DNA of 63,385 nt, the filler included, from Octopus bimaculoides (Eukaryota), in assembly GCF_001194135.2 (NCBI RefSeq). It is 4 parts of 4 records of this genome, joined end to end, with 100 filler letters (N's around TTAATTAATTAA, not from the genome) between each part and the next. Parts side by side here need not be neighbours in the genome. Positions count along the whole stretch, not along the records: positions 1 to 14,202 come from NC_068991.1; 3 more parts are not named here. One strand, 5' to 3'. Positions 1 through 12,564 of this stretch are shown piece by piece. The notes beneath the pieces were generated by a model. That model saw nothing but the letters and a program-made list of their open reading frames with translations, was not told where the DNA came from and made no database searches. The first letter of the stretch is position 1. Every line of letters begins with the position of its first letter. A program made the translations under genes and the position numbers.

Positions 1-413
1 TGATGATGATGATATAATTATTGATGTTTACTCCCAGATCAACCTGATCCAGTAGAGCTACGATCAAAGACATTCTAACCATGACTATCCTGTCTTTTCT
101 CTCTCTCAAAACATGATATATCTCAGACTATCTTTATCCAATATGTCTCGAACATTAAAAAAAAAAAAAAGAAAGAAAAAGACATCGGGGGTGTGAATTG
201 AGGTTAAATTTCGGTACTATCTCTAGCAAGTCAAACGATGACGTTAGATGTTTATTCATTATTGAACTGTGTACGTTTTTTGTTTTAAGATTGGAACCTA
301 AATGTTGAATCCGTCTCTCTCTGCCAACACACAACATAACGGATGACCGGCTTCTGGCGGACATTTTATTTAACTACCACAGGGATATAACATGCCTACT
401 CTATCCCTATATT

Positions 414-459
<46 letters not shown>

Positions 460-512
460 CCAGTCTCATATATATTTATATATATATACGTGTGTTTGTA
501 TATTTTCCCTAG

Positions 513-549
<37 letters not shown>

Positions 550-618
550 GTATCTACTTACATCTATATATACACACACAGGCACTTTATGTTCATAATA
601 TATACGTATGTATGTATA

Positions 619-649
<31 letters not shown>

Positions 650-833
650 TTGTATATTTAGATCTCTACCAAATATTTGGTAAAATACATATTAATATCC
701 TTTAATGTATATCTTTCACTTGCCAGTCATTAGACTGGCCATGCTGGGGGGACACACATACGTGCATATGTATAAGTCTAGCTATACATATTAATATCCT
801 TTAATATATATATATATATATATGATGATGATG

Positions 834-884
<51 letters not shown>

Positions 885-1244
885 CATGTGTGTATGTAAA
901 TAATTTATTTGCCACAAGGACGGCAAGTGGAGAAGAGACGTTACAAGGACATATTACATGTCTCCATTTCATTTGTTAATTATGTGGGATTTCCTCTTAA
1001 CTTTTTCAAATAATTCTTTATTATTATTATTTCTATAATGATGGTAATTATTGATTTTTTAAAAATCATATATAAACATACAAATCTCAAATCGACGGAG
1101 AATAGGTAGAGTAGTAGTAATAATAATAATTGATTTTGAAATCAATCCTTGTCTATGTCTGGTCTGCTTTTATATTTCGTCCTCCTCCTCTTCCCGGAAG
1201 AATATACTTCCCGCCTTGCTCAAACCTGCTTTTTCATCTACCCG

Positions 1245-2392
1245 GGGTAGTTGGCGGTAGTAGGATCGTTAAAAAATCGAGTACCAAGTCAAAATATTGA
1301 GGTCGGTTCAATTGAAATACACTTCCCCGCCTAATAGATAATGTGTGGCCTTGTGCTTTTTTATCAGATATTATTATTTCCGGGGTCGATAAAATCAAAT
1401 CAAGTACTTGGGGGTTCGTATAAATTGACTAACCTACTTCCTCCAGATTTCGAGCCTCGTGCCTTTTATCTAGAAGCTTTTAGCCTCGAACAAGATTACT
1501 TTACAAAATTTCTTACGATTCTTTACGTTCTGAGTTCAATCCCCACTAAAGTCAAGCTTTGTCTTTTATTATCTTTCCGGGATCGATAAAATAAATAGAA
1601 TGCTAGTCTAGATTTGGAGACTATTTCTCCTCCTCCAAAATTTCAGGCCTTTGTGGTTAGAAACAGTAAACCAAGGCAGTGAATTGGTAGGATCGCGAAG
1701 GCGTTGGATAAAATACCTTGTGGTATTTTTTTTGCGGCTCTTTATGTTCTGAGTTCAAATCCAGACGAGGTCAACTTTCTCTCCTCCGGAATCGATAAAA
1801 TAAATACCAGCCAACTACTGGGAGGGAGGGAACGATGGTGTTTCGAATAAGCCCCTCCCTCTTGAAATGCTGGCCTTGTGCCAAAATTAACTTCTGCCGA
1901 CTGTAATTACGTTCTAAGTTCAAATGCCGCCGAGGTCAGCTATCTCTGTCACCCCCTCGGGGTTGATAAAATAATATACTGGTCAAGTATTGGATTCGAT
2001 GAGATTACCCTTGCGCCCCGCCTTAAAATTGCTAGCCTTGTGTCGAAATTCGAAACACAAAGCGGCAAGCTGGCGGAATCGTTACATTAGCACGCCGGAT
2101 AAAATGCTTAGCGGCATTTCGTCCGTATTTACGTTGAGTTTAAATTCTGCCCAGGTTGATTTTTTTGCCTTTCATCCTTCCGGGATCAATAAAATAAGTA
2201 CCAGTTACGCACTGGGGTTGATATAATCGATTTAGCCTGCTCTCTCCAACTTGCTGTCTTTGTACGAAAATTTGAAGCCATTATTATTCTTGCGTCAATG
2301 TTCTGAGTTCGAATCTTGTTGTGTGATCCTTTCTTCCAATGGTCGATAAAATAAAGTACCAAAGTACTGACGTTGGATTTAACACTCCCATA

Positions 2393-2432
<40 letters not shown>

Positions 2433-2600
2433 CTATAGATTATTCAGTGTTGTGGTTTGGTTGAAAGTACCTTGCACTATTTATTTAATATACTTGACGT
2501 TCTGATTTCGAGTTCCGCCCATATCACCGTTGTCTTTCACCTTTTCGTATTCAATAAACTAAGGCAAGAATTAACAGGAGGCATTAATATAATTGACTGC
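1245..2600 (+). repeat. Head-to-tail array of ~8 degenerate copies of SINE family B
   Basis: The core GG(G/A)TCGATAAAAT..GTACC recurs at ~1263, 1383, 1579, 1788, 1959, 2182, 2341 and 2547, mostly preceded by the B-box-like TTCTGAGTTCAAAT. The best copy is ~2055-2270. Confidence 0.75.
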
Positions 2601-2897
2601 TTCCTGTTAAAGATTTGAGGCCATGTACCTACATCAAAAAATCAATATTTTTTTTTTTGCATTATTATTTATATTTGTTGTTCTTTGTAAGTTCAATTAA
2701 GAAATCTGAGAGTGGAGGAGGATGAAAATCAGCTTTTGTGTTTTGTGTTACTTGTTGATGATCAAAGAAATGATCTATGAAAATATATATCTTTATATGC
2801 GAATCTTGTGTTTTACTAGACTCTTTAATTCGCAAAGTTTATGATGTAAATAATTTAATAAAGGATTCTCTCTCTCTCTCTATATATATATATGCAC

Positions 2898-2934
<37 letters not shown>

Positions 2935-3956
2935 TGTATGTATATGTATAGATATGTTTATATATATGTATGTATATATATATATGTGTATATATATATG
3001 TGTGTGTGTATGTATATGTGTGTGTATGTATATATATATGTGTATATNNNNNNNNNNNNNNNNNNNNNNNNNNNNNNNNNNNNNNNNNNNNNNNNNNNNN
3101 NNNNNNNNNNNNNNNNNNNNNNNNNNNNNNNNNNNNNNNNNNNNNNNNNNNNNNNNNNNNNNNNNNNNNNNNNNNNNNNNNNNNNNNNNNNNNNNNNNNN
3201 NNNNNNNNNNNNNNNNNNNNNNNNNNNNNNNNNNNNNNNNNNNNNNNNNNNNNNNNNNNNNNNNNNNNNNNNNNNNNNNNNNNNNNNNNNNNNNNNNNNN
3301 NNNNNNNNNNNNNNNNNNNNNNNNNNNNNNNNNNNNNNNNNNNNNNNNNNNNNNNNNNNNNNNNNNNNNNNNNNNNNNNNNNNNNNNNNNNNNNNNNNNN
3401 NNNNNNNNNNNNNNNNNNNNNNNNNNNNNNNNNNNNNNNNNNNNNNNNNNNNNNNNNNNNNNNNNNNNNNNNNNNNNNNNNNNNNNNNNNNNNNNNNNNN
3501 NNNNNNNNNNNNNNNNNNNNNNNNNNNNNNNNNNNNNNNNNNNNNNNNNNNNNNNNNNNNNNNNNNNNNNNNNNNNNNNNNNNNNNNNNNNNNNNNNNNN
3601 NNNNNNNNNNNNNNNNNNNNNNNNNNNNNNNNNNNNNNNNNNNNNNNNNNNNNNNNNNNNNNNNNNNNNNNNNNNNNNNNNNNNNNNNNNNNNNNNNNNN
3701 NNNNNNNNNNNNNNNNNNNNNNNNNNNNNNNNNNNNNNNNNNNNNNNNNNNNNNNNNNNNNNNNNNNNNNNNNNNNNNNNNNNNNNNNNNNNNNNNNNNN
3801 NNNNNNNNNNNNNNNNNNNNNNNNNNNNNNNNNNNNNNNNNNNNNNNNNNNNNNNNNNNNNNNNNNNNNNNNNNNNNNNNNNNNNNNNNNNNNNNNNNNN
3901 NNNNNNNNNNNNNNNNNNNNNNNNNNNNNNNNNNNNNNNNNNNNNNNNNNNNNNNN

Positions 3957-3985
<29 letters not shown>

Positions 3986-3990
<5 letters not shown>

Positions 3991-4171
3991 CCGGGCGAAA
4001 TATTTTAGCGGTATTTCATCTACCGCTACGTTCTGAGTTCAAATTCCGCCGAGGTCAACTTTACTTTTCATTCTTTCGCGGTCGATAAATTAAGTACCAG
4101 TTGTGTACTGAGTCCGATGTAATCGACTAACCCTTTCCCCCAAATTCCAGGCCTTGTGCCTGTAGCAGAAA
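3986..4171 (+). mobile_element. SINE family B copy, 5' end lost in TA repeat/gap
   Basis: cgccgggcgaaat...ttctgagttcaaattccgccgaggtc...gtcgataaattaagtaccag...ggccttgtgcc matches the copies at 11.6, 48.1 and 55.8 kb. Confidence 0.85.
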
Positions 4172-5879
4172 ATATTATTATTATTATTATTATTTTAAAC
4201 AGCTTGATTCGGCCCCGTGTAACTTTAAATTTTCGTCGGCTTCTTGGTGAACCCTAAAACTCGTCGGGCTCAGGTTTCTGTAAGAAGCGTATGGAACTTT
4301 TTATTTCCATGGGACCGAATCAAATGTTTTAAATAATAATATATGTAACCCCGAGTAAACGTGTTCAGTGCCTCTTTCGTTTGCTCACCTCCTCTCTCTC
4401 TCTATATATATATATGATTCCACCAAAATACCGTGTCAGTTGCTCTTTTAGTTCTTTTTCTTTGTTTTCCATCACCCAAACATGTAATATCACGTCTAAT
4501 ACATATGTAATGTGTATATGTTCCGTATCCGTTAACACTCACTCATAACATCACATCTATTTTTAACATCATATCCTTTCCATAAAATCTATATATATCA
4601 TCATAGATATTTTTATTTTATACAATGTATATATACAACACCACAATCTAACATCTCAGTCGTAAGTGTCTGAAGCATTTCTACAAGACACGTGTACCCC
4701 ACTCTTAACGTAAATTCTAAGGCAGAATTCGTTTGACACCTGTGTGTGTTAAGACTTCTACTTCTTTGAATTGCTGCTTTATCCACCTGTTATCCATTGA
4801 AATCTCCGTCTACCCGAATTGGATCGATTTAAAGGTATTGGAAATAACAGTTGCTCAAGATCCCACGTAGTGGGGATCAAACCCCGGATTCTGTGATTGC
4901 AAAGGGAAATTCTTAACCAGTCAGTTACAGGCTACACTGTGTGTGTAAGTTATATTTATTTGTGTTACTGTTGTAAATAGATATAACCAACCATTCTTGT
5001 GTCTGTTTCGAAATATTTGCGTAATTACGAAAAAAAATTCTAATTGTGAATTTGAAAAAAAAAAAAAAAATGTAATGAAGACTTTTTCTAAATGCCTTGT
5101 TGATTTTTTGATTTTATTTTGATTGCCGGATTAAGTTCTTGTAGATAAGTGTCCATTTGTTGTTGTCCCTGTTCAAATCCCGCCAAATTTGCCCGTGATG
5201 TTTCCTTGGTAGACATAGGAAATTCCTTTCATGTATTGGAAAATCGATCGATTAAAATCGATTATATTCTCTCTAGATATGTGGTCTAACGCTACTGTCA
5301 GAAGCAGGGTTGTGGATTGTTCAAAGAGCGCCGGCGGTCAAAGAAAAAAAAAAAAAGCCTTGCAGTATTTAGTTACGAACCTTGAAGTTACGAGTTCAAA
5401 TCACAACGAAGTCAACAACGATTTCTAGCATCGAACATGTTTCAAGTTGTTTCCCGCCATGGTTCAAGTTTTTTTTTTTTAAATTCTTCCGAGGGTCGAT
5501 AAAATATAATAGCAATTGAATTTGTTCGGCCTATTTCATTGATAATAAATATCCTTTCTACTCTAAAACGACCTCAATACATAACTGGTATTTTCCAGCA
5601 CCAGCTTGAAGTCAAAGTTTCCTTTTTATCCGTCCCGGAATCGATGAAATGAAAACGAACAGTTAAATATTGATTTCAAATGGCACAAGACCTGCAAGTT
5701 CGTGGGGTGAGAGGGGAGCATGTCCATTATATCGCCCCCACCCNNNNNNNNNNNNNNNNNNNNNNNNNNNNNNNNNNNNNNNNNNNNNNNNNNNNNNNNN
5801 NNNNNNNNNATTTGAACTCAGAACGTAGCGGCATTTCGCCCGGAGTGTTTAGCGATTCTGCCAGTTCGCCGCCTTGTAA

Positions 5880-6860
5880 CAATTAAATATTGATAATCAA
5901 TTTTATCCAGCTCTCTTCATACATAAACTATCTCATCTTTTTGTTGTTGATGTTTCCCCCCCTCCAAATCTGTCCTGATTCAGACTGTGTCCATATTTTT
6001 TCTCTCTTTCTTTACACATAGAATATCTAAGATTACACGTGTCTTTCTTTTTATGATGATAAGGAGTCACTAGAAAGGGAATTTGGCTGCTATTTCTAGC
6101 AGACCTATTGACTGAGCTAGCTTGCAAAGCAGCAGCGGTAGTTGTAGTAGTTGAAGATTACATTGTCCAAAATGTGTCAGTCTTCATTTGAAGTTATTTG
6201 AGTGAATTCGAACGATATTGACTGCTGTTTCTAGCAGATATTGCAACCACATTCGGGTTCCTCTGTGGTAACCCTGTGGTTATCAGTAGATTTTGCAGAC
6301 CGTTAGAAACATGATTGAATTTAGTCGTCTTTTCTTCTGGAGTTATACAAAATCTGTTATCCTGAACTGTTGATGTCATGTTCAGATTAGCTTAATTTCT
6401 TTTAGGTTGTTGTTGATGATGATGATGATGATGATGCTAAGCTCCCAATTCATCCTGATCGAGCAGGTCTATCATTCCAAGCACCACCATTCTTTCTTAT
6501 GGAGTGATTTGAGGGAAGATCTGGCTGCTATTTCTAATAAGCCAAATAAGCACACTAAATTTCTTCACCGGTTAGGTTAGTATTAGTAGTTACTGTCTAG
6601 TCCACAGGTCAGCTCTGATCAAGCAGACACGCATGAACGAAATTCCAGCCGTGACAATCCCGTTTATTTTCTGTTTTTTCAGACATAGCGTGTATAAGAC
6701 CACATAAAGGCCAAGTGTAACCAAGCAGACCTATGAAAGGTGGTCCGGCCGTGACAATCCTGTTTTGTTTTCCATTCTCATACTTAGTGTGTTTAGGACT
6801 ACATCATTTTTTTATGCTTAAAGAGGGTTTTGACTGCTATTTCTTTGTTGGTTCGTAGAT
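5880..6860. repeat. Cluster of an unclassified interspersed repeat, also present at ~20-240
   Basis: Motif TTGGCTGCTATTTCTAGCAG (degenerate) at ~6083, 6220, 6520, 6830 and ~210. Module CTGATCAAGCAGAC...CCAGCCGTGACAATCC at ~6615 and 6720, with a related copy at ~45-90. Confidence 0.6.
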
Positions 6861-6899
6861 TACCTCCTTTATAGATCACTTTCTACAAGCTAAAACTAC

Positions 6900-7510
6900 T
6901 TTTCCTTGTCGATCTAGCTTTACCTCATCACATATCGGGGATCTTCGATTGATTTTTTTTCTGAGTGACTGACTGACTGTCTGCGAGTGGAGATAAATGT
7001 ATATTGAACGATGGTTGTGTCATGGTGGTCGATCTCAAAAGTGGTTGGTGGCATCTTATTTGTTTATTGGTGATGTAGGAATTGCTTGGTATATATATAT
7101 TATATAGCACGTCTTATCGATCCGAGATTACCCAATCAGTCAGTCAGCCAGCCAGCCAACCAACCAGCTCTGCCGGCCGGCCAACCAACCAGCCAGCCAG
7201 CCAGCCATCATCTACATCTCGAGTAAATAGCAAAACCTATCACCATCTCTTAACGCAGCTGGAGAAACAGACTCTTTTGATAATGGTTTCCTCCTTGTGT
7301 TGCTTCGTTGTGATGTGATTATTTCGCATCTCATTGTATCACGCCTCCCTCTACAACTATATTATCTCAAAGAAAAAACAAAGCGACAGGATTCTAAAAT
7401 ACATGTACGTACACACACACACGCACGCACATGTACATTGTAAACAAATGAGATTTCAGCTTTCAAAAGCTATTTTCTTTTCTTGTAAGGGGCGGTTGAC
7501 TCTACGTAAG
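6900..7510. promoter_or_regulatory. Candidate promoter/first-exon region
   Basis: CpG-retaining unique sequence with (CAGT)/(CAGC)/(CAAC) runs, immediately upstream of a CpG-depleted domain. Possible donor ctctac|gtaaga at 7505/7506. Inference only. Confidence 0.3.
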
Positions 7511-7957
7511 AGTGGGAGATATATTTAAATGGGAAAAAATTTGAATATCTTATCATGTATTCAGCTTCCGATTTATTTATTTTTTCTTCCTGAACAATTG
7601 TAGCTAATTTAGTTTTCAATTATTGGATGGAATACGTGTCTGTAGTAGTTTTCTTGTATTTGTTTTTAAAGGTTCTCGATTAGAATAAGGGGGTAAATCT
7701 TAAGGATTAACCTACAGTTGTTACATAGACACACACGTTTGTATGTATGTATGTGTGTGTGTGTGTAAAAAATATATGCCTCAGTTTGTATGTATGTATG
7801 TATATAACGATGGCTTAGCTAGCCGAAACTTCGAAGTCACTGCCACTAATATTCTTTGTTTAAGAATAATACATTTGTACTATACAACAGTATAAAGTGA
7901 CCATTCAGATTAATATAAAATTTATATTATAACTGAACATAAAAACAAACATTAATC

Positions 7958-7992
<35 letters not shown>

Positions 7993-8024
7993 ATGTATAT
8001 GTGTGTGTACAAGAACTTTTGTTC

Positions 8025-8432
8025 TCATTCTCATCATCATCCAGTGTTTTAAATCCGGGTTTTGTCNNNNNNNNNNNNNNNNNNNNNNNNNNNNNNNNNN
8101 NNNNNNNNNNNNNNNNNNNNNNNNNNNNNNNNNNNNNNNNNNNNNNNNNNNNNNNNNNNNNNNNNNNNNNNNNNNNNNNNNAGCAACCGAGGTAGGCAGA
8201 TGCAGCCCACCCCAACCTTTGGGCTGGCTGGCTGGTGCCCATTCTCCTTGGATTTTCTATGGGGAGCATGCCCTTGCTTACTCCCAACCTCAGTTTCTAG
8301 ACACGAGTGGTTCTGAGACCAAGGCCTCTACCATGATTTTTAAGAAATATGGTGAAAAACTATCTCAGGAAGGCAGGGACGCTACTCTCGACACCCCTTT
8401 CAGAGCCCCCCTACCACGTGTTCTCGCTCTGT
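8025..8432 (-). mobile_element. GC-rich retroposon 3'-end family ending in (GAT)n (LINE 3'UTR or SINE tail), copy 1
   Basis: Clear homology to 23396-23718 (gcagcccaccccaaccttt, ctgagaccaaggc, ctcaggaaggcagggacgctact). The minus strand ends ggatttaaaacactgg(atg)n. Interrupted by an N gap. Confidence 0.7.
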
Positions 8433-8818
8433 AAAAAAATTAAAAAAAAACCCATAAAAGATTACTTCCATATTATTGCTGTTTGATGTACAAAATCCAG
8501 TAGAATGAAAAGTACCTTCTTTGAAAAGGCTTGATGACTGGATTCACATCTTCAAGAAGTTTTATCCAACCCAGGCTCATTTGGAGAAAGCCGATATAAA
8601 AAAAAAAATTAATGGTATCAAATTTTGGCACAAGGACAGCAATTTCAGGGAAGAGTATAAGTTGATTATATCAACTTCAATGTTCAACTGTTACTCATTT
8701 TATTGAAATCCAAAAGATGGACCAAATGTTGCTAAATATTTTGCCCAGCTTGCTCAAGATTCTGCCAAATTGCTGCCTTAAAACTAATGATGAGATTTCA
8801 TCATAGCATACTAACATA

Positions 8819-9200
8819 TGTGGAGGCGCAATGGCCCAGTGGTTAGGGCAGCGGACTTGCGGTCATAGGATCGCGGTTTCGATTCCCAGACCGAGTGTTG
8901 TGAGTGTTTACCGAGCGAAAAACACCTAAAGCTCCACGAGGCTCCGGCAGGGGATGGTGGCGAACCCTGCTGTACTCTTCCACCACAACTTTCTCTCGCT
9001 CTTACTTCCTGTTTCTGTTGTACTTGTAATTCAAAGGGGCAGCCTTGTCACACTGTGTCATGCTGAACATCCCCAAGAACTACGTTAAGGGTACACGTGT
9101 CTGTGGAGTGCTCAGCCACTTGCACATTAATTTCACGAGCAGGCTGTTCAGTTGATCGGATCAACTGGAACCCTTGACGTCGTAAGCGACGGAGTGCCAA
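8819..9200 (+). mobile_element. Full-length tRNA-derived SINE family A
   Basis: Pol III A box TGGCCCAGTGG and B box GGTTTCGATTCC. The ~380-bp body ends cgtcgtaagcgacggagtgcca and is near-identical to the copies at 12.2, 24.7 and 61.7 kb. Confidence 0.92.
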
Positions 9201-9861
9201 TAACTTACATAGATTGGATGGGTTGTGGTGGTTAATTCATTTCTTAGTTGGAGTCACTGCTACTCCTAGATGGGCCAGAAGGCCATATTTTATTTGTATA
9301 TTCAAGTTTTGGCATAGTTTCAATAACCAAATGTTCTTTCTAACACCAACCACTTAACTGGATGTGGTGAATGCATTTTCTGTTGGAACCTACACTAAGG
9401 AGGTTGTCATGTTCTTAGCCAGACTAATGGAGTTTTCTTGACTCTACACTGTTGCTGCTCATATGCCAACAGCTTTAAAGTGTAAGCTGCTATGTTTTAT
9501 TGTGACATAAGCATTAGTGAGATTACTTTGTGCTCTGTAGAGTTAGAGTCCTTGCTACTTCATGATGCCTTTGTAGCATGACCAAGAAGGTGAATTTGAG
9601 AGCAATGACAGAAGGACTAGACTGTGTATGTGAAGGAACCAAGAGGTTTGATGGGAAAAACAGATTGAGTAAGAGGGTGGTGGATGAGGGGGAGTAATGG
9701 TTGAATGACAGTGCTGGCAGGAGGGACCAGAAAGGGATATGGCAATGGCACACACATATAGGCATAGATTTTTATTCATTGGACCGTGGCCATGCTGGAG
9801 CACTGCCTTAATGCATAAACATATATAAATACACATACACACATGTACGTGTGTATATATA

Positions 9862-9892
<31 letters not shown>

Positions 9893-9898
9893 GACACA

Positions 9899-10098
9899 TG
9901 AGGGGGTGCTGAAAAGTTCCTGGCTTTAAGGGTATTGGAGGACCAACTTTCTGAGCTCTTTTACAGGGCTTAGAAAAACCAAAGGACTGCTACCATAAGT
10001 GTGTGAATCTGGGAGAGGAATATTTTGATTAAAATCAATTAACCGACCCTCCTGTGTTTTCTTTTAACCAAAGCCAGAAACTTTTCAGAAACCCCTCA
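9899..10098 (+). mobile_element. Mariner-derived MITE (~200 bp)
   Basis: TIRs TGAGGGGGTGCTGAAAAGTTCCTGGCTTT / AAAGCCAGAAACTTTTCAGAAACCCCTCA followed by TA. The interior reads GLEKPKDCYHKCVNLGEEYFD*, like a mariner transposase C-terminus. Confidence 0.85.
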
Positions 10099-10497
10099 TA
10101 TATATATATATATATATATATATGGCCCGTTTAAAACAGATGTCCTAAGAAATTTTCTAAAAAGAAAAAAAAAAATGTGTACAGTGATAGTTATTTTGAA
10201 ACTTTGTCCAGTGTTCATCAGAATCATTGCTTTAAGTCAACTACCCTGAGATGCTAACATTTATTCTTTTAATTTTTTTTTTATCCCTGCTGATGCCTTG
10301 TGTTTCAACAAGTTAATATATAACCTTTATTTAAGATGGTAGAATGTGATTTCTAAGAAATTTGGTTACTCCCCTCAGCAAGTTAACTGACCATGTGTTG
10401 GCTGCCTGTTGAACAAAACTAGTGGCAGACAATTATGTTCAATTTTTTTTCTCTCTCCTCCCTCCTTTTTTTCCTTGTTTTATATATTCTATTTCAG

Positions 10498-10526
10498 ATC
10501 TTTAGAATAGGTGGTTGAACTAACAG
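10498..10526 (+). other. Candidate 29-nt non-coding micro-exon
   Basis: Long pyrimidine tract ending atttcag|ATC...AACAG|gtgagt (consensus donor). Stops in all three frames. No transcript evidence is available. Confidence 0.5.
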
Positions 10527-11559
10527 GTGAGTTAGTTCACATCAGCAAAAGCTAAATAATGATTTTTTGACTTATTTAGGGAGAGTGGTTTTTCAGTTAC
10601 ATATATATACATTTTGACATAGATACATTATTACAAGATATATATGTATATATTGGGTATGCTTTATAGAAAAAACGTGTATATGCAGTGTATGTGAGTG
10701 TGTGTGTGTGTGTGTGTGTATATTGTATATACACAATGCATATTAAGTGTAGGCATGCCTGCATGATTAAGAGATATATGTACTTCTCAAGCAAGCAGTT
10801 TTGAATTGGATCCCATTATACACACTTGTGGGCAAGTACTTTCTACTCTAGTTTCAAAGTGATAAATGTCTTGAGGGTGAAATATGGTAAATGGAAACTG
10901 TATGAAACCCTGTCATTGTTCTTACATCCTCCTTTCCATGCTTACATTGGCCAGATGAGAATATGTCTGGAGCAGAGTTTTCTATGGCCAGCTGCTCTTC
11001 CTAATTCCAATTTCCTTCTGTTTTCAAGCGAAGAAATACCCCACCCTCCTTGTCTGTTGAACAACGAACAGCTTGGACATGGCTACATGGAGAATTGGAA
11101 ACAAACGAGACTGTTTGAGGAGGCCCTTTCTTTACAAAGATCGTGTGACATGCCGAGAAACCCAAGCATGCTTTTGCATTCGACTACAAGTAAACAGCAT
11201 TGTCTGTTTGAACAGTGATGCTTTTGTGTAGAACCAGCAAACAGGTTGAGCGGAAAATATGAACTCACTCATATGAACAAAATGAAAGAAAATATGAACT
11301 CACTCACGAAAATACATACATATTTATGTATACACATGCACTTATAAAGGGCTTCTCAAAGTTTCTGTTTGTCACTTTCAGTTGGTTGCAAGGTATTGGT
11401 CAACTTGCAACTGTAGTAACCGATGCCAGCCACCAAGTTCCAAGTGGTTGGACTGAACCTGTAGCCATATGGTTCCAATGCAAACATCTTAAACACACAG
11501 ATGTGTATATGAGCATGTTTATGTGTATTGTCATCATTGTTTAACGTCCACTGTATATA

Positions 11560-11804
11560 TATATATAGTGTGTGTGTTATTTCTTTACTACCAACAAGGG
11601 GCTACACACAGAGGGGACAAACAAGGACAGACAAACGGATTAAGTCGATTATACCGATTCCAGTGCGTAACTGGTACTTATTTAATCGACCCCGAAAGGA
11701 TGAAAGGCAGAGTCGACCTCGGCGGAATTTGAACTCAGAACGTAGCAGTAGACGAAATACCGCTAAGCATTTCGCCCGGCGTGCTAACGTTTCTGCCAGC
11801 TCGC
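11560..11804 (-). mobile_element. SINE family B copy with a different 3' tail
   Basis: Minus strand gcgagctggcagaaacgttagcacgccgggcgaaatg...gagttcaaattccgccgaggtcgac...taagtaccag, then the tail ...tgtccttgtttgtcccctctgtgtgtagcccc. Confidence 0.85.
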
Positions 11805-12169
11805 ATATATATATATATATAGTGTGTGTGTGTGTGCGCATACGTATTTGTATATGTGTATATATAGGTGTATGTGTGTTTCGCTGGGGAGGACGAGTTT
11901 TTCGAGAACCTCAAATTACTAGTGGTCCTGCTCCTTATTCCTCTCTTCTGTCAGGTTCAGGGTCTTGGGGTGCAGCCTTCACCACTTCATCCCATGTTTT
12001 CCTGGGTCGCCCTCTTCCGCTAGTTCCAGCCACATTAAGTAATCAGTACACACACACACACATATTTGTTTGTAATCATTTAGATTCAGCTCAGTTCTGA
12101 AAAAGTGACCTACAATTAAAACTATAGAGTATGCTTTGAGTGAAATATGCCCATTATATGTGACTATGC

Positions 12170-12564
12170 GTGGAGATGCAATGGCCCAGTGGTTAGGGCA
12201 GCGGACTCGCGGTCATAGTATCGTGGTTTCGATTCCCAGACCAGGCGTTGTGAGTTTAGTGTTTATTGAGCGAAAACACCTAAAGCTCCACGAGGCTCCG
12301 GAAGGAGATGGTGGCGAACCCTGCTGTACTCTTTCACCACAACTTTCTCTCACTCTTACTTCCTGTTTCTGTTGTGCCTGTAATTCAAAGGACCAGCCTT
12401 GTCACACTGTGTCACGCTGAATCTCCCCCGAGGACTACGTTAAGGGTACACGTGTCTGTGGAGTGCTCAGCGACTTGCACGTTAATTTCACGAGCAGGCT
12501 GTTCAGTTGATCGGATCAACTGGAACCCTCGTCGTCGTAAGCGACGGAGTGCCAACACACACAC
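12170..12564 (+). mobile_element. Full-length SINE family A with 12-bp TSD
   Basis: Target-site duplication ATGTGACTATGC at 12158-12169 and 12565-12576; (CA)n tail. Confidence 0.93.

Noticed and set aside
2777-4088. Long ORFs in the track (also 31340-32368, 43233-44369, 52359-54312, 60646-61346 and similar)
   Set aside because: They are translations of (TA)n/(CA)n/(TACA)n tracts and N runs, with no coding signal.
8819-8895. tRNA genes at SINE heads (also 12170, 17830-17901, 24668, 61686)
   Set aside because: A and B boxes are present, but no complete acceptor stem was found and each continues into a shared SINE body.
10826-11218. 130-aa ORF
   Set aside because: Starts at TTG, has no recognisable motif and no supporting splice sites.
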